A DNA stretch of 63,770 nt, filler included, from Chiloscyllium plagiosum (taxonomy: Eukaryota): the NCBI RefSeq assembly GCF_004010195.1. It is 5 parts of one record of this genome, joined end to end, with 100 filler letters (N's around TTAATTAATTAA, not from the genome) between each part and the next. Parts side by side here need not be neighbours in the genome. Positions count along the whole stretch, not along the records: positions 57,692 to 63,770 come from NC_057716.1; 4 more parts are not named here. The stretch is one strand, 5' to 3'. The notes below the pieces were generated by a model that saw only the letters and a program-made list of their open reading frames with translations, had not been told where the DNA came from and searched no databases. A program made the position numbers and the translations under genes. Shown here one piece after another: positions 63,273-63,770 of the stretch. Position 1 is the stretch's first letter. Each line of letters begins with the position of its first letter.

Positions 63273-63770
63273 GAGGTAAAAACAATGACTGCAGATGCTG
63301 GAAACCAGATTCTGGATCAGTGGTGCTGGAAGAGCACAGCAATTCAGGCAGCATCCGAGGACAAGCAAAATCGATGTTTCGGGCAAAAGCCCTTCATCAG
63401 GAATAAAGGCAGAGAGCCTGAAGCGTGGAGAGATAAGCTAGAGGAGGGTGGGGGTGGGGATAGAGTAGCATAGAGTACAATAGGGCGGTGGGGGAGGAGA
63501 TGAAGGTGATAGGTCAGGGAGGAGAGGGTGGAGTGGATAGGTGGAAAAGGAGCTGGGCAGGTCGGACAAGTCCGGACAGGTCAGGGGATCGAGTTGCTGG
63601 AGGTTAGAAGCTAGGATGAGGTGGGGGAAGGGGAAATGAGGAAACTGTTAAAATCCACATTGATGCCCTGGGGTTGAAGTGTTCCGAGGCAGAAGATGAG
63701 GCGTTCTTCCTCCAGGCATCTGGTGGTGAGGGAGCGGCGGTGAAGGAGGCCCAGGACCTCCATGTCCATG
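63273..63770 (-). mobile_element. Penelope-like element: GIY-YIG C-terminus, 3' region and hammerhead (63369-63404); runs off window
   Basis: Minus frame from 63769: MDMEVLGLLHRRSLTTRCLEEERLIFCLGTLQPQGINVDF (R..E..I..L.TL.P.G.N motif); CTGATGA-A-GGGC-tttt-GCCC-GAAACATC. Confidence 0.9.

Overview
Repeat-rich vertebrate genomic DNA, most likely a cartilaginous fish (shark). This is inferred from HE1-type V-SINEs, shark-type CR1 LINEs and Penelope-like elements (PLEs). The window is five contigs joined by four artificial 100-nt linkers (44 N + TTAATTAATTAA + 44 N). No host protein-coding exon could be identified, and every recognisable ORF is transposon-derived (CR1 endonuclease/RT, PLE GIY-YIG, Harbinger transposase, Tx1-like ORF2 end). 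A CpG/GC-rich island at ~42.7-43.6 kb looks like the promoter and non-coding first exon of an unidentified + strand gene. The most interesting signals are: (1) about ten minimal hammerhead-ribozyme motifs or remnants in PLE tails, in several covarying variants; (2) two near-identical intact copies in direct orientation 1,253 nt apart, resembling a retrozyme; (3) a head-to-head palindromic hammerhead cassette with a 13-bp TSD; (4) three Tx1-like retrotransposon ends stacked at one GACACTCCTGTT target inside an LTR-like sequence, suggesting sequence-specific targeting. Repeat boundaries are approximate and family names come from recognition by eye, not from a database search.
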